Source: Clostridiales bacterium
GTDB lineage: Bacteria; Bacillota; Clostridia; Acetivibrionales; JBDMZA01
Reading direction: 5' to 3'
Assembly (NCBI GenBank): GCA_039770155.1
Contig: JBDMZA010000668.1
Span: 1-58,047 of the forward strand
Length of the DNA: 58,047 nt
A program made the position numbers and the translations under genes. This document shows positions 1 through 9,172 of the stretch, in pieces. The notes under the pieces were generated by a model. It was not told the origin of the DNA. It saw nothing but the letters and a program-made list of their open reading frames with translations, and ran no database searches. Each line of letters starts with the position of its first letter. Within the stretch, counting starts at the first letter, position 1.

Positions 1-41
1 GGGGTAACTTTGGGGTAACTTTTGCTAGTTTAAAAAGTTAC
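1..41. repeat. Terminal overlap: nt 1-41 are identical to nt 58007-58047, indicating circular closure of the assembly
   Basis: Direct comparison of the first and last 41 nt (ggggtaactttggggtaacttttgctagtttaaaaagttac) gives an exact match. Confidence 0.9.
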
Positions 42-86
42 CTCAGTACTTTAGCCAAGTAAATAAGGGGGTTTATGGGGTAACTT
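1..86. repeat. Origin-proximal iterons (GGGGTAACTT at 1, 12 and 77; inverted AAGTTACC at about 35-42)
   Basis: The 10-mer copies are read directly. This is the same motif family as the cluster at 57549-58047 across the circular junction, and it lies just upstream of the HTH/Rep genes. Confidence 0.75.
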
Positions 87-188
87 TTTTATGAATAAGA
101 AAAAAATAAATAACAAAATGTATTTATGGGGTTGAAAATATATTAATGTATGCTATAATGTATTTAAACTATTTTTGGAGGGAAAACA

Positions 189-377
189 ATGGGAAAATCA
201 ATTAAGAAAACAACCTACTATAAACTTAGTGAGTTCGCAAATTTGGTTAATGTTTCTATTTCGACTTTGCAACGTTGGGATAGAGAAAAAATATTAATTG
301 CGTATAGAACTCCTACGAATAGAAGATATTATACAGATGACCATCTGAAGAAATTCACGACAAAAGGAGTTTGTTAA
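189..377 (+). CDS. MerR-type helix-turn-helix DNA-binding protein (excisionase/AlpA-like small regulator)
   Basis: The sequence YYKLSEFANLVNVSISTLQRWDREKILIAYRTPTNRRYYT matches the MerR-type HTH pattern (TLRrWd..G.L...RT..g.RrY). An RBS (ggaggg) precedes the ATG. Confidence 0.65.
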   Translation: MGKSIKKTTYYKLSEFANLVNVSISTLQRWDREKILIAYRTPTNRRYYTDDHLKKFTTKGVC

Positions 378-2338
378 GCATGGGTAAAACTGTTGTAATT
401 AATCAGTTAAAAGAAATACTTGAATCTGAAATAGAAAAAGAAAAACTACTAAACATGGGAAAAGGCAAGGAAACTTTGTATTATAACGATACAAAGTTGA
501 CTACTTACATAACAGCAGCAACAATTTATGTTTATGTGGATAGTCTAGATAAAACTTTTAACAAAGTAGATATTGAGCAAAAATTAAATCTTATTTTTAA
601 TCGGAGGATAAAGATTAAAGAAACCTTTTATGGATATGTAATTCCAGATAATTTTTTCTATACAAGCAAAGGGATGAGTATAGAAAAAACAAAAAAAGTA
701 AATGGTGAAGAGATAAATTATATTGAAAACATAAGTGATAAATGGATATTTGTTGTATCGAACGTACATTCTGAAGAATCAAACATTTATCAACATGAAG
801 TAAAAACAGTATGTCCAAAAACAAAAAAAGAAATATCTAAACTTTGTAATAAAGAAGTCTTGTGCCAGTTTCGGGCATGTATTACATTCTTGTCAACTCA
901 CATGAATGTAAACATAGAAGAAGGGAAGAGGCAGGATTATACTAAATTTTTCTTTGAATTCATAAAAGAAAATGGGCGTTTTTTAACAAGCAAAAAAACT
1001 ATTCCAACGCTAGGTTGGAACAAAGATTTAACACAATTTGCACCATACTCAAAAGATTTGCATATGGATTATTCCAAGGACAAATATAATTTCCTGGAAA
1101 ATGTTGTTAAGTCTTTTGAGCCTATGGGCGATCTTGATGAATTCAAGAAGAGAATGTTAGCTCATGCAAAAAACCCTTTCGCTGATTTTGCAATTAGTTG
1201 TTCATTTGCTGCCCCACTGCTAAAAATAATTGGTGTTAGAAGTTTTTTATTAAATTATTATGGTCCTTCGAAAATACAGAAAAGTTTATCGGTTCGAATA
1301 GGTCTTAGTATTTATGGGAAGTATGATGATCTTGAAATGTCAGGTGCAGATACAATAAATGTGATAAAATCCAAAATACATTTATTACAAAATTTGCCTT
1401 GCTACATTGACGAGATAGTACAAAAAGGGAAAAAATATAATACAGCTATCAACGGATATGACTTTGGGAATGAAAAGGACAGACATAGATTGACAAAAGA
1501 TTCTGAAATTACAAAATCTAAAAAATGGAGAACAATTGGGATTGCTACAAGCGAAACGTCCATTTTAAAAGAAAATGATATGGACGGGGAAATAAACAGA
1601 AGCTTAGGATTATCTGCTGATTGTAGACCGGTTTGGCTTCAAAAAGATGATGCCGCTTGCCATGAGTATGCTTCTAATTATTACAGATTTTTAGATAATA
1701 ATTTTGGGCTAATTGGTAAAAAATATATTGAGGAAATAATAAAAATCAAACCAGCCTTAATCAAATGGTACAACCAGATAAATCAAAAATTGTATGAAGC
1801 AAATAACGATAATAATTTGACAGATCACATTGCTAGCATAACAATTGTTTGCTTAGGTAATTATATATATAGAAAATTGTTATATGGACTTGATAACATT
1901 TACTATAGCATTGGTTTAGGGATAGGAATACTGAACCATATTAGTTCAAAAAAAGAATTAAATGCTGAACTTAAATTTTTAAATGCTGTATATGAATTTT
2001 ATGAAATAAATAAAACATGTTTTGTCAATCGAGGGGAAACAAACCTCAAATTAATAAAACAAAACCAAATATATGGAGCTGTTGATGTTGAGAGAAATGA
2101 AATAATATTTATTTTAGGTCCATTAAAAGATTATTTATTAAAAAATGATTTTGATTGGAATTATAAGGCAACGTTAATAAATAATTCAAAGATGCAATAT
2201 ATAGCGAAAAAAATTAATGGAGTGGCAGGGAAAAGAATAGTTGTTCCTTTTAAGAGAGTTGATATGCAACAAGAAACAGAAGAAATTGAAGAAAGGGAAG
2301 CTATACAGGAAGAAATGAAAGTTGTACCTTTCAAATAA
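371..2338 (+). CDS. Putative replication initiator / SF3-helicase-like protein (DUF927- or D5-like, unverified)
   Basis: This 655-aa ORF overlaps the stop of the HTH gene and lies directly downstream of the iteron and AT-rich region. It has a degenerate P-loop (YYGPSKIQKS) and a Walker-B-like CYIDEI. The family call is from memory only. Confidence 0.45.
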   Translation: MLSMGKTVVINQLKEILESEIEKEKLLNMGKGKETLYYNDTKLTTYITAATIYVYVDSLDKTFNKVDIEQKLNLIFNRRIKIKETFYGYVIPDNFFYTSKGMSIEKTKKVNGEEINYIENISDKWIFVVSNVHSEESNIYQHEVKTVCPKTKKEISKLCNKEVLCQFRACITFLSTHMNVNIEEGKRQDYTKFFFEFIKENGRFLTSKKTIPTLGWNKDLTQFAPYSKDLHMDYSKDKYNFLENVVKSFEPMGDLDEFKKRMLAHAKNPFADFAISCSFAAPLLKIIGVRSFLLNYYGPSKIQKSLSVRIGLSIYGKYDDLEMSGADTINVIKSKIHLLQNLPCYIDEIVQKGKKYNTAINGYDFGNEKDRHRLTKDSEITKSKKWRTIGIATSETSILKENDMDGEINRSLGLSADCRPVWLQKDDAACHEYASNYYRFLDNNFGLIGKKYIEEIIKIKPALIKWYNQINQKLYEANNDNNLTDHIASITIVCLGNYIYRKLLYGLDNIYYSIGLGIGILNHISSKKELNAELKFLNAVYEFYEINKTCFVNRGETNLKLIKQNQIYGAVDVERNEIIFILGPLKDYLLKNDFDWNYKATLINNSKMQYIAKKINGVAGKRIVVPFKRVDMQQETEEIEEREAIQEEMKVVPFK

Positions 2339-2468
2339 ATAACAAATAGGATTACCTATACTAGGCAACCCTATTTTAAAAAGCAATATTATGATAATAA
2401 AACTACACCACATATTATCATGATACCGCTTCTAACACAAAAAAACAAGAAGGAGGTATTTCAAGGAA

Positions 2469-2831
2469 ATGAAAAAAGCAATAAAAAGCCCGAAAATTAT
2501 AGGTTTGTTTTGTATCTTCTTTTTAATTGGATATGTTATCCTAAATAAAAACTTCCAGATTAAACATCCATTGCTATCATGGGGAATAGTGTATTGTATA
2601 CTCCCAGCATATTTATTTATTTTAGTCAAACATAAGCTGGGAAAAATAAAAGCTCCAGTTAAGAAAGAAATACAAAAACCACCTCCACAAAATTATGATG
2701 ATTATGATAACTTTGATAATTTTCAAGTACAAAAAGTTGATAGGCTCGAAAAGAAAACTACAACAACAAACACAACAACAACTGTAACTACAGAAACTAT
2801 TTATTTTAAGGGGAATGGATATGAAGAATAA
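2469..2831 (+). CDS. Membrane protein with a Thr-rich C-terminal tail
   Basis: Two hydrophobic segments lie in the N-terminal 55 aa. An RBS (aggagg) is upstream and the gene is co-oriented with the operon. Confidence 0.5.
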   Translation: MKKAIKSPKIIGLFCIFFLIGYVILNKNFQIKHPLLSWGIVYCILPAYLFILVKHKLGKIKAPVKKEIQKPPPQNYDDYDNFDNFQVQKVDRLEKKTTTTNTTTTVTTETIYFKGNGYEE

Positions 2832-3051
2832 TAATATAAAGAATAATTTAAGAAAATACAGAGTATGGAAAACTTTGACACAAGAACAATTAGCTATGGA
2901 ATTGGGTGTTTCGCTTGCTCAAATAAGATTGATTGAGAATAAGCACCATTACCCTAGATATCAAACAAGATCAAAGATATGTGTTTTTTTTAATATCAAT
3001 CAAAATCAGATGTTTTATAAAGTAGGTGCGAATGATGAAGTTAATATTTAA
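2815..3051 (+). CDS. XRE-family helix-turn-helix transcriptional regulator
   Basis: LTQEQLAMELGVSLAQIRLIENKHHYP fits the Cro/C1-type HTH pattern. Confidence 0.7.
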   Translation: MDMKNNNIKNNLRKYRVWKTLTQEQLAMELGVSLAQIRLIENKHHYPRYQTRSKICVFFNINQNQMFYKVGANDEVNI

Positions 3052-3253
3052 ACTATTTGAAACGACAGTTATAAAAACAGCTATGGGGATTGTAAAGGTA
3101 ACTATTTGTGGAAACATAATGGAAAGGTTAACGCTAATGTTTTTAATTGTTTTCTTCTTAATTGGATTGAGCAGCTTACAGCCACCATTATATATAGGCT
3201 CAAGTATTCTATTTATATTATATACAAGTTCAAAATCAAAAATTAGAAAGTGA
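3026..3253 (+). CDS. Small membrane protein
   Basis: Two hydrophobic helices are present (LMFLIVFFLIGL, GSSILFILY). The function is unknown. Confidence 0.4.
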   Translation: MRMMKLIFKLFETTVIKTAMGIVKVTICGNIMERLTLMFLIVFFLIGLSSLQPPLYIGSSILFILYTSSKSKIRK

Positions 3254-3262
3254 GGGAGAAAG

Positions 3263-3634
3263 ATGAAAGATAATCAAAGTGTAGAAATAGTTGATACAGT
3301 GATGTTTAAAAAGAAAAACTTCATGATTGGAAAAGATGAAATTAGTAAAAAGGCTAGAAAATATCATATTACATCAGCTATACATGAATTAGATAATTTA
3401 TTGTTACAATATAAATTCAACCACGAATACTCATTTTTATGGCTATACAGAGAGCATTACATAAATAAACCTTGGCTATATAATAATGCTTTTAATTGTT
3501 TAGAGATATTAGTGTACATTCTAACTGATTCTGTATTTGGTTCACTTACAACAATAGAAAGAATAATAAAAACGCAAAAACAAGCAGACTTTAAATTATT
3601 TGAAAATTTTTATAAAGAAATTATGGAGGGTTAA
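3263..3634 (+). CDS. Hypothetical protein
   Basis: An ORF with an RBS (gagggag) upstream and no recognisable motif. Confidence 0.5.
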   Translation: MKDNQSVEIVDTVMFKKKNFMIGKDEISKKARKYHITSAIHELDNLLLQYKFNHEYSFLWLYREHYINKPWLYNNAFNCLEILVYILTDSVFGSLTTIERIIKTQKQADFKLFENFYKEIMEG

Positions 3635-3638
3635 AAAG

Positions 3639-3893
3639 ATGAAAGATTTTAATGTTTTTGAAGTTTACATGAAAAGTGGTAGAAGTTTTAAAATTAAAAT
3701 GCCTGATGAGGGCAATGGACTAATAGATGTACATGAAAAGTTGATACCAAGGGCTGTGGACGAAAGAGAAAGAATCTGGCAATGCGTAAAGGACATAAGT
3801 AATAATGAGTTAGTATTTGCTTCTGATGAAATAGAGGCAATAAAGTATTTAAACTATTACAAGGAAGATAAGGGGGAAAACAAAGATGGATGA
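3639..3893 (+). CDS. Hypothetical protein (start moved to the ATG after GGAGGG)
   Basis: The track ORF 3600..3893 begins at a TTG. The internal ATG at 3639 has a strong RBS (ggaggg) 8 nt upstream. Confidence 0.5.
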   Translation: MKDFNVFEVYMKSGRSFKIKMPDEGNGLIDVHEKLIPRAVDERERIWQCVKDISNNELVFASDEIEAIKYLNYYKEDKGENKDG

Positions 3894-4134
3894 AAGTATT
3901 GAAAAAATGATTGGACATATAATGCCTATAGCCTATGGCATAATTGTTTTTATCGTTGTCATAGGAATGGCGCAACTTATACTGAAGGGCAAATATAAAG
4001 AGTTACCGTTTTTTATCGTCATTTGCAGTGTTGCAATAGCGATTGTTGCAGCACCACTGACATTCAAGAATATAGGTGAAAAAATAATAAAAATAGTAAT
4101 GGCGTTTATAGATATGTTTTTGGGAGGATTTTAG
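3886..4134 (+). CDS. Small membrane protein (2-3 TM helices)
   Basis: The protein is highly hydrophobic (IAYGIIVFIVVIGMAQLIL, FFIVICSVAIAIVAAPL). It lies immediately upstream of the FtsK-like gene. Confidence 0.5.
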   Translation: MDESIEKMIGHIMPIAYGIIVFIVVIGMAQLILKGKYKELPFFIVICSVAIAIVAAPLTFKNIGEKIIKIVMAFIDMFLGGF

Positions 4135-4136
4135 GA

Positions 4137-5429
4137 ATGAAAATGAAAATAGAAGATAGATTTAACAGTTTAATACTAAGTTTAATAAAAAAACTCTGGT
4201 TAAATATATTAAATATAAAAAATCAGAGTAAAAGGGAGAATGTAATTCTCTGTGTATGTATTTTTTCAGTTTTGGCATTTCTATTATATCACAAACAGAA
4301 GAATGTTTTTGTTTATGTTTTACTTGCTCCAGCATATATCTATATAAAATCTATTTTCCAGGTCTTAGCTTCAAAGTTTAAGACCTGGAAATACAGAGAC
4401 TTAGCAAGAATTCTTAATGATAAAGTTCAAGTTATAGAAGTAGATAATTGTAAGATAAAGTTAAATTCTTATGTAACAGTTGAAAGCATTAGGAAGAAAA
4501 AAAATGAATTAGAGCATTTTTTTAATAGGGGGATAGGATCTATAGAAAAGCATAAAAAAAGTTTTAGAATAGTAACCATAAAGTTTGAAGATGAAGAAGA
4601 TGGATCTGCTGAAACTAAAAAAACATATCATCTTTCTGACTACATAAAAATTGCTCAAATTAAAAAAAAATCAGTTCCTTTTTTATTTGGAGTGAATACA
4701 AAAGGAAAAATAATTGTAGAAGATCTGAAAAAATTAAAAAATATATTGATATCTGGGGAAATAGGTGGAGGAAAATCAACTTTATTACACGTAATAATAC
4801 AATCATTAATGTGGTATAACGACTTAGCCTTCTTTTTAGTTGACTTTAAACGTGTTGGGTTAAGCCCATACAAAAACTTTAAGAATTGCAGTTTTGTTAA
4901 AAGTTTAAAAGAGTTTTTTTCTCTAATTGAAAAGTTAAACACTGAAATGGAAAACAGGTATGATAAGTTTGAAGAAAATGAATGTGACAACATTGATGAT
5001 TACAATAAAATTGCACCAGATAAAATCTCAAGAATCATAATAGTTATTGATGAAATTTCAAGTATTAAGATGTCAAAAGAATCTGGAAAAATGGAGGAAA
5101 TTTTAACAAATGTAGCTTATCTAGGGAGAGCAGCAGGTATACACATTATTGCAGCTACGCAGAGACCTTCGGCTGTTAGGTTATCAACTGAAATTAGAGA
5201 TTCTTTAATTTCGAAGATGTCTTTTAGGGTTTTCCACCCACGGACACAGGAAATGACAGGGGTGTTAGGAACTGAAAACTTAGAAACTGGTGAATTTATG
5301 ACTGCTCATATTGTTGGGATTAATGAGAATGATGTATTTAAGGGGTTTTATGTTGATAGAAGGAAATCAAATAGAACTTATGAAGAACTGAAAGAAAATA
5401 AAACAATCAAAGATTATATTAATTTTTAA
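4137..5429 (+). CDS. Membrane-anchored FtsK/SpoIIIE-family DNA translocase (T4 coupling-protein / TraB-like architecture)
   Basis: Two N-terminal TM segments are present, followed by Walker A GEIGGGKST, Walker B IIIVIDEISS and the AATQRPS motif. Confidence 0.8.
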   Translation: MKMKIEDRFNSLILSLIKKLWLNILNIKNQSKRENVILCVCIFSVLAFLLYHKQKNVFVYVLLAPAYIYIKSIFQVLASKFKTWKYRDLARILNDKVQVIEVDNCKIKLNSYVTVESIRKKKNELEHFFNRGIGSIEKHKKSFRIVTIKFEDEEDGSAETKKTYHLSDYIKIAQIKKKSVPFLFGVNTKGKIIVEDLKKLKNILISGEIGGGKSTLLHVIIQSLMWYNDLAFFLVDFKRVGLSPYKNFKNCSFVKSLKEFFSLIEKLNTEMENRYDKFEENECDNIDDYNKIAPDKISRIIIVIDEISSIKMSKESGKMEEILTNVAYLGRAAGIHIIAATQRPSAVRLSTEIRDSLISKMSFRVFHPRTQEMTGVLGTENLETGEFMTAHIVGINENDVFKGFYVDRRKSNRTYEELKENKTIKDYINF

Positions 5430-5485
5430 AAGCTACAATTTTAAAAATGATTTAAATAAGATAATTTCAGAGGGAGCGTAATAAA

Positions 5486-5812
5486 ATGAAAAATAAAATT
5501 TATAGTAAAAAAGAAATTGAAAGTATTATTAAACGTGACATTTATCATATATGTGCCAATATAGAAATGCTTGGAATTAAACATGTTGATATTGTCTTAG
5601 ATAAGGACATAAAACAGTCTAAACTAAAATTAGAAGGAGCAGATATGCAATGTTTTTTATATACTATTCAGGATATATTAAAATTTGATGAAATTAGATT
5701 GAATTGGTATGTTGATACTCCAGGCAATTATATCTATTTAGAGAGTTGCTGTTGTACCTCTTGGTATGATAACCCACCGTTTAAGAAACCATTTGATGAA
5801 AAAATAAAATAA
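5486..5812 (+). CDS. Hypothetical protein
   Basis: An ORF with an RBS (gagggag) and no motif. Confidence 0.5.
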   Translation: MKNKIYSKKEIESIIKRDIYHICANIEMLGIKHVDIVLDKDIKQSKLKLEGADMQCFLYTIQDILKFDEIRLNWYVDTPGNYIYLESCCCTSWYDNPPFKKPFDEKIK

Positions 5813-5846
5813 TAAAAAAATATATTAATTTTTAGGAGATGAGAAC

Positions 5847-6098
5847 ATGAGTGAAAATAAAGAAACAAAGACATATGTAGATATAGATTTAGGTGGAAAA
5901 GAAGTAGTCACGCTTGATCAGCAGCATTGTGAAATTTGTCCTAACTGCAAAATTAGAATGAACAGAAATACTGCCGATATAGACACAATTGTTCAAGAGG
6001 AAAATAAAAGCTTAGGTGGAAGCTATCATGATATTAATGTTTCTGTAGAAGTTCTTTGTTGTCCTAAGTGTTATTTAACATTAGTAAGAGAAAGATGA
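5847..6098 (+). CDS. Zn-ribbon protein (two CxxC pairs)
   Basis: The Cys pairs are CEICPNC...CCPKC. Confidence 0.5.
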   Translation: MSENKETKTYVDIDLGGKEVVTLDQQHCEICPNCKIRMNRNTADIDTIVQEENKSLGGSYHDINVSVEVLCCPKCYLTLVRER

Positions 6099-6108
6099 GG
6101 AGGAAGAT

Positions 6109-6372
6109 ATGAATATTAAAAAAAATATAGTAAAAGGTGAAATAGAAGTAAAAAGATTTTATTTGGAGGGTGTCAAGCTATCGGCACCTTGTCCAAAATG
6201 TAAGAAAGTAATTCAATTTGATAACAGCCAGTATATAAGCTATCCAAAGCTTAACAAAAAAGAAATTATAAATATTTTTTGTGAGAAATGTGATGATTTT
6301 TTTGAAGTAGAAATAAAGTTAATCCTGAAAGTTGAAAAATATGAAAGAAAAAAGGTGGAAAAGCATGATTAA
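6109..6372 (+). CDS. Zn-ribbon protein
   Basis: The Cys pairs are CPKC...CEKC. Confidence 0.5.
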   Translation: MNIKKNIVKGEIEVKRFYLEGVKLSAPCPKCKKVIQFDNSQYISYPKLNKKEIINIFCEKCDDFFEVEIKLILKVEKYERKKVEKHD

Positions 6373-6601
6373 ATATGTAAAGCTTGCAAAATCAGGGAAC
6401 AAATATTTATACTTTAAGGCTTACGGTTTTAATTGCTGCATATTCGAAAATCAAACTGAGTTGATCGATAACATTCTTGAAAAATTAAATATATCTGACC
6501 CAGGGAATGTTGTTGATATGGATTATCTTGAGGATAAACTTAATATTAATACAGTTCAAGTTTTCTTCAACTGCTGGTCAGAATTTAATAGTAAGGAGTA
6601 A
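6365..6601 (+). CDS. Hypothetical protein (start placed at ATG 6365 after aaggtgga)
   Basis: The track ORF 6332..6601 overlaps the upstream gene. The internal ATG has the better RBS. Confidence 0.45.
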   Translation: MIKYVKLAKSGNKYLYFKAYGFNCCIFENQTELIDNILEKLNISDPGNVVDMDYLEDKLNINTVQVFFNCWSEFNSKE

Positions 6602-6603
6602 TC

Positions 6604-6897
6604 ATGAATAAATGCATTAAATGTGGAAGCTGTTGTGGGAGTTTAGTTCCCATAACACTTTCAGAAAAAGAAAAAATTGAAGAATACATAAAGAGAAATA
6701 ATATAATACCTGCAAAAAAATGTTTTCTTGAAAAGCTTATTGATTGCAAATTCTTAGGAGATGACAATCAATGTATGATTTATGAGGTTAGGCCAAGTAT
6801 ATGCAGAAATTATCAATGTGGTAAAGATTTTTCAGAACTACATTTGCTAGACGTGCATAAAAACAAATATAAATATTTTATTAAGGATATAAAATAG
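6604..6897 (+). CDS. YkgJ-family cysteine-cluster (CxxCxxCC) protein
   Basis: It has an N-terminal CIKCGSCCGS motif and downstream C...C residues (CMIYEVRPSICRNYQC). Confidence 0.6.
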   Translation: MNKCIKCGSCCGSLVPITLSEKEKIEEYIKRNNIIPAKKCFLEKLIDCKFLGDDNQCMIYEVRPSICRNYQCGKDFSELHLLDVHKNKYKYFIKDIK

Positions 6898-6903
6898 TAA
6901 GGA

Positions 6904-7113
6904 GTGATTAAAATTAATAATTTACATAAATTAATTTCAGAAAAAATAATTCAATTAGACAAAAATAATGAAGATCAAAGAAAAGATGTAAAATTAGAAG
7001 ATTTCAGAAGAACATATGAAGAGGGCTATGTTGAAGGCGTAGAAGATACCTTGATGGAAATTAGAGAAGTTTTAAGAGATTATATAATTATAAACAAAAT
7101 GGAGGGAAAATGA
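6904..7113 (+). CDS. Hypothetical protein (GTG start)
   Basis: An RBS (taaggag) is followed by a GTG start. The protein is acidic and helical. Confidence 0.45.
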   Translation: MIKINNLHKLISEKIIQLDKNNEDQRKDVKLEDFRRTYEEGYVEGVEDTLMEIREVLRDYIIINKMEGK

Positions 7114-7304
7114 TGAATAGAGATAATTTAAGGAAAGTTAAATATATAATTTTGAAAGATGGGAAAGATGAAATAATTAATGCATATTTTCATGGATTTT
7201 TCCAGTATGCAGATGAGGACATGGCTGAGGCTAACGCTGTGATAGAATTTGAAGATGGCAAAATTGATAGAGTTCCTGTTTTTGCTATTCAATTTTTAAC
7301 ATAA
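7110..7304 (+). CDS. Hypothetical protein
   Basis: It is translationally coupled (ATGA overlap) to the upstream ORF. Confidence 0.45.
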   Translation: MMNRDNLRKVKYIILKDGKDEIINAYFHGFFQYADEDMAEANAVIEFEDGKIDRVPVFAIQFLT

Positions 7305-7328
7305 AAAGAAAAGGAGAATGATAAAACA

Positions 7329-7694
7329 ATGTTAGGATTATTTGGATATACATCATCAAAAAAGAAAAAAAACAGTGGTTCAAAATGTGGTCCTGAAGTG
7401 GAACCACTAAAAATAAGAACCACCTCAACCGCAGTTATAACGCTAATTCAATATTTTGAAAATGGCGAAAATAATACATTTGGTTCTACGGAACCACAAA
7501 ATGAGAATGATATATATAATACCTTTCTTAGCTTCATAAGAGCTAACAAAAATGGTAAAAAATTGCCACAAGCTAGACTAATAGAGGAACACCTTTCAAT
7601 TAAAACAAAAAAGAGAAAAGAGCTTGCGAAAAGAGCTTTTGAAGCTGGAATACTTAGAAAACCAACCCCAAATTCATATGAATTCATAGATTAA
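7329..7694 (+). CDS. Hypothetical protein
   Basis: It is the last ORF of the plus-strand block and is followed by a terminator. Confidence 0.5.
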   Translation: MLGLFGYTSSKKKKNSGSKCGPEVEPLKIRTTSTAVITLIQYFENGENNTFGSTEPQNENDIYNTFLSFIRANKNGKKLPQARLIEEHLSIKTKKRKELAKRAFEAGILRKPTPNSYEFID

Positions 7695-7708
7695 AACAAC
7701 ATATAAAA

Positions 7709-7747
7709 ATAACGCCGTATTTTTCGATTTACGGCGTTATTTTTTTT
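7709..7747 (+). terminator. Rho-independent terminator
   Basis: An 11-bp perfect stem (ataacgccgta / tacggcgttat) is followed by a T7 run. Confidence 0.8.
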
Positions 7748-7813
7748 ATAGTATAATTATCAGTAAAATATTTTCTGCTTCAAAAATGAACGTATTGAGC
7801 CTTAAAAAACAAT

Positions 7814-7857
7814 AAAAAAAATGAAAGCTTTTCCGATCAAGTGCTTTCATTTTTTTT
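7814..7857. terminator. Bidirectional rho-independent terminator
   Basis: The stem atgaaagc / gctttcat is flanked by an A-run and a T-run, between convergent genes. Confidence 0.7.
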
Positions 7858-7931
7858 GGATAATTGAACATCATCACATTAATTATATTTATATAATATG
7901 CATCAACTATATATTACATTATTTCGTATGG

Positions 7932-8387
7932 TTATTCAAGTTTATCAGGAGTATATGTTGATGTTTTCATTCTAACTGAATCATATTCTCCCTGCACATA
8001 TATCATAAATGTCCACACTTCATTTTTTTTTAGATTTGTTGCTATGTCTACATCATCAAATATTTGTTCATTTTTTGAATTATAGAAAATCGCTTTGATT
8101 TCAAGGTATTTAATAGTTTCCCCAGTATTGTTTTTTATTTTGCCGATTAAGTCATTTTCGCCTATTTGCTCAATTTCATATATTTCTATATTTTTTAAAG
8201 TTTCAACTGGTGTCCTTAATTTAACAGAGTTGATCGGGTTAATTGTTGTGTTTTCTTTAACTGGTCCTTTTATCTTTTCTAGTTTTGATTCATCTACAAT
8301 CATTATAAATACAGAAAATAATAATATAAATACAGTTCCAGCAATCAGAATACTCATTATGGATATCGTTAATTTTTCACCTTTCAT
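7932..8387 (-). CDS. Membrane-anchored extracytoplasmic protein (FxLYD/DUF4352-like beta domain); moron candidate
   Basis: A single N-terminal TM segment (ISIMSILIAGTVFILLFSVFIMIV) is followed by a beta-rich domain. The gene is flanked by terminators. The family call is tentative. Confidence 0.45.
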   Translation of the reverse strand: MKGEKLTISIMSILIAGTVFILLFSVFIMIVDESKLEKIKGPVKENTTINPINSVKLRTPVETLKNIEIYEIEQIGENDLIGKIKNNTGETIKYLEIKAIFYNSKNEQIFDDVDIATNLKKNEVWTFMIYVQGEYDSVRMKTSTYTPDKLE

Positions 8388-8492
8388 TTCAGCTGCTTAC
8401 TCCCTTACTATTAATTATAACAATTATATAATACATAGCTGATTAACAGCAACAAAAAAAGGCTATTGAAAGCCTTATATTATTTCACTATT

Positions 8493-9002
8493 TTATTTTC
8501 TTCGCAATCTTCCATTTGTTATCGTTGCGGTTTCTAGTAGATCAATTATTTTAGCCCATTTTCTTTGTTTTTCAATCCCAAACTTATCTTTTATTTCTTT
8601 AGCTTTAATCAATTCATCCTGGTTATAGCTTATTACAATGTATTGGTCTATTGTCCTCGCTATTCCAACAAGTTCAGAGTGCTTGTTATGTTTGTAACTA
8701 GCTTTAGTTTTTCTTTGTTCATTATTTCTTAACCCAAGGACATTATAATCATTCTCAGAGTCTAATAATTTTATATAGTATGATTCGAGCTTGCCCATGT
8801 CTTCAATGCTACAAATATCTAATATTTCAAACATAAAGCCGTTATAACCATACTTATTGAAATCTTTCTGCAAAATAATATTTGTATGTCTATTACCGAT
8901 TAAATCTGAAATATGAGTGTTTAACCGATTAAATAAATTACTGCTTTTCCCTACGTATTTCCTATCGTTTTGTTTGTTTACTATTTGGTATATCCCTATC
9001 AT
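8493..9002 (-). CDS. GIY-YIG nuclease (homing-endonuclease-like)
   Basis: The N-terminal IGIYQIVNKQNDRKYVGKSSNLFNRLNTH matches the GIY-(10)-YVG ... R ... N pattern. Confidence 0.7.
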   Translation of the reverse strand: MIGIYQIVNKQNDRKYVGKSSNLFNRLNTHISDLIGNRHTNIILQKDFNKYGYNGFMFEILDICSIEDMGKLESYYIKLLDSENDYNVLGLRNNEQRKTKASYKHNKHSELVGIARTIDQYIVISYNQDELIKAKEIKDKFGIEKQRKWAKIIDLLETATITNGRLRRK

Positions 9003-9120
9003 CCACGTATCCCTCCATCAATTTTATTAAAACGTTTGTCATTGTCCTTCCATCACATGATTTTATGAAATTTTCTTTTAACTTTTTTGAAACTAAAAAA
9101 CTTATTCTTTCATTTTCCAA
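8962..9120 (-). CDS. Small ribbon-helix-helix-like protein (TTG start; below the track's 60-aa cutoff)
   Basis: Hand translation gives (M)ENERISFLVSKKLKENFIKSCDGRTMTNVLIKLMEGYV..., a beta-strand plus two helices. An RBS (ggaggtg) lies 8 nt upstream. Its end overlaps the GIY-YIG start. Confidence 0.4.
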   Translation of the reverse strand: MENERISFLVSKKLKENFIKSCDGRTMTNVLIKLMEGYVDDRDIPNSKQTKR

Positions 9121-9172
9121 TGCTTACACCTCCATACCAATATATTAACATAGTTTAACATTTATTGCAACC

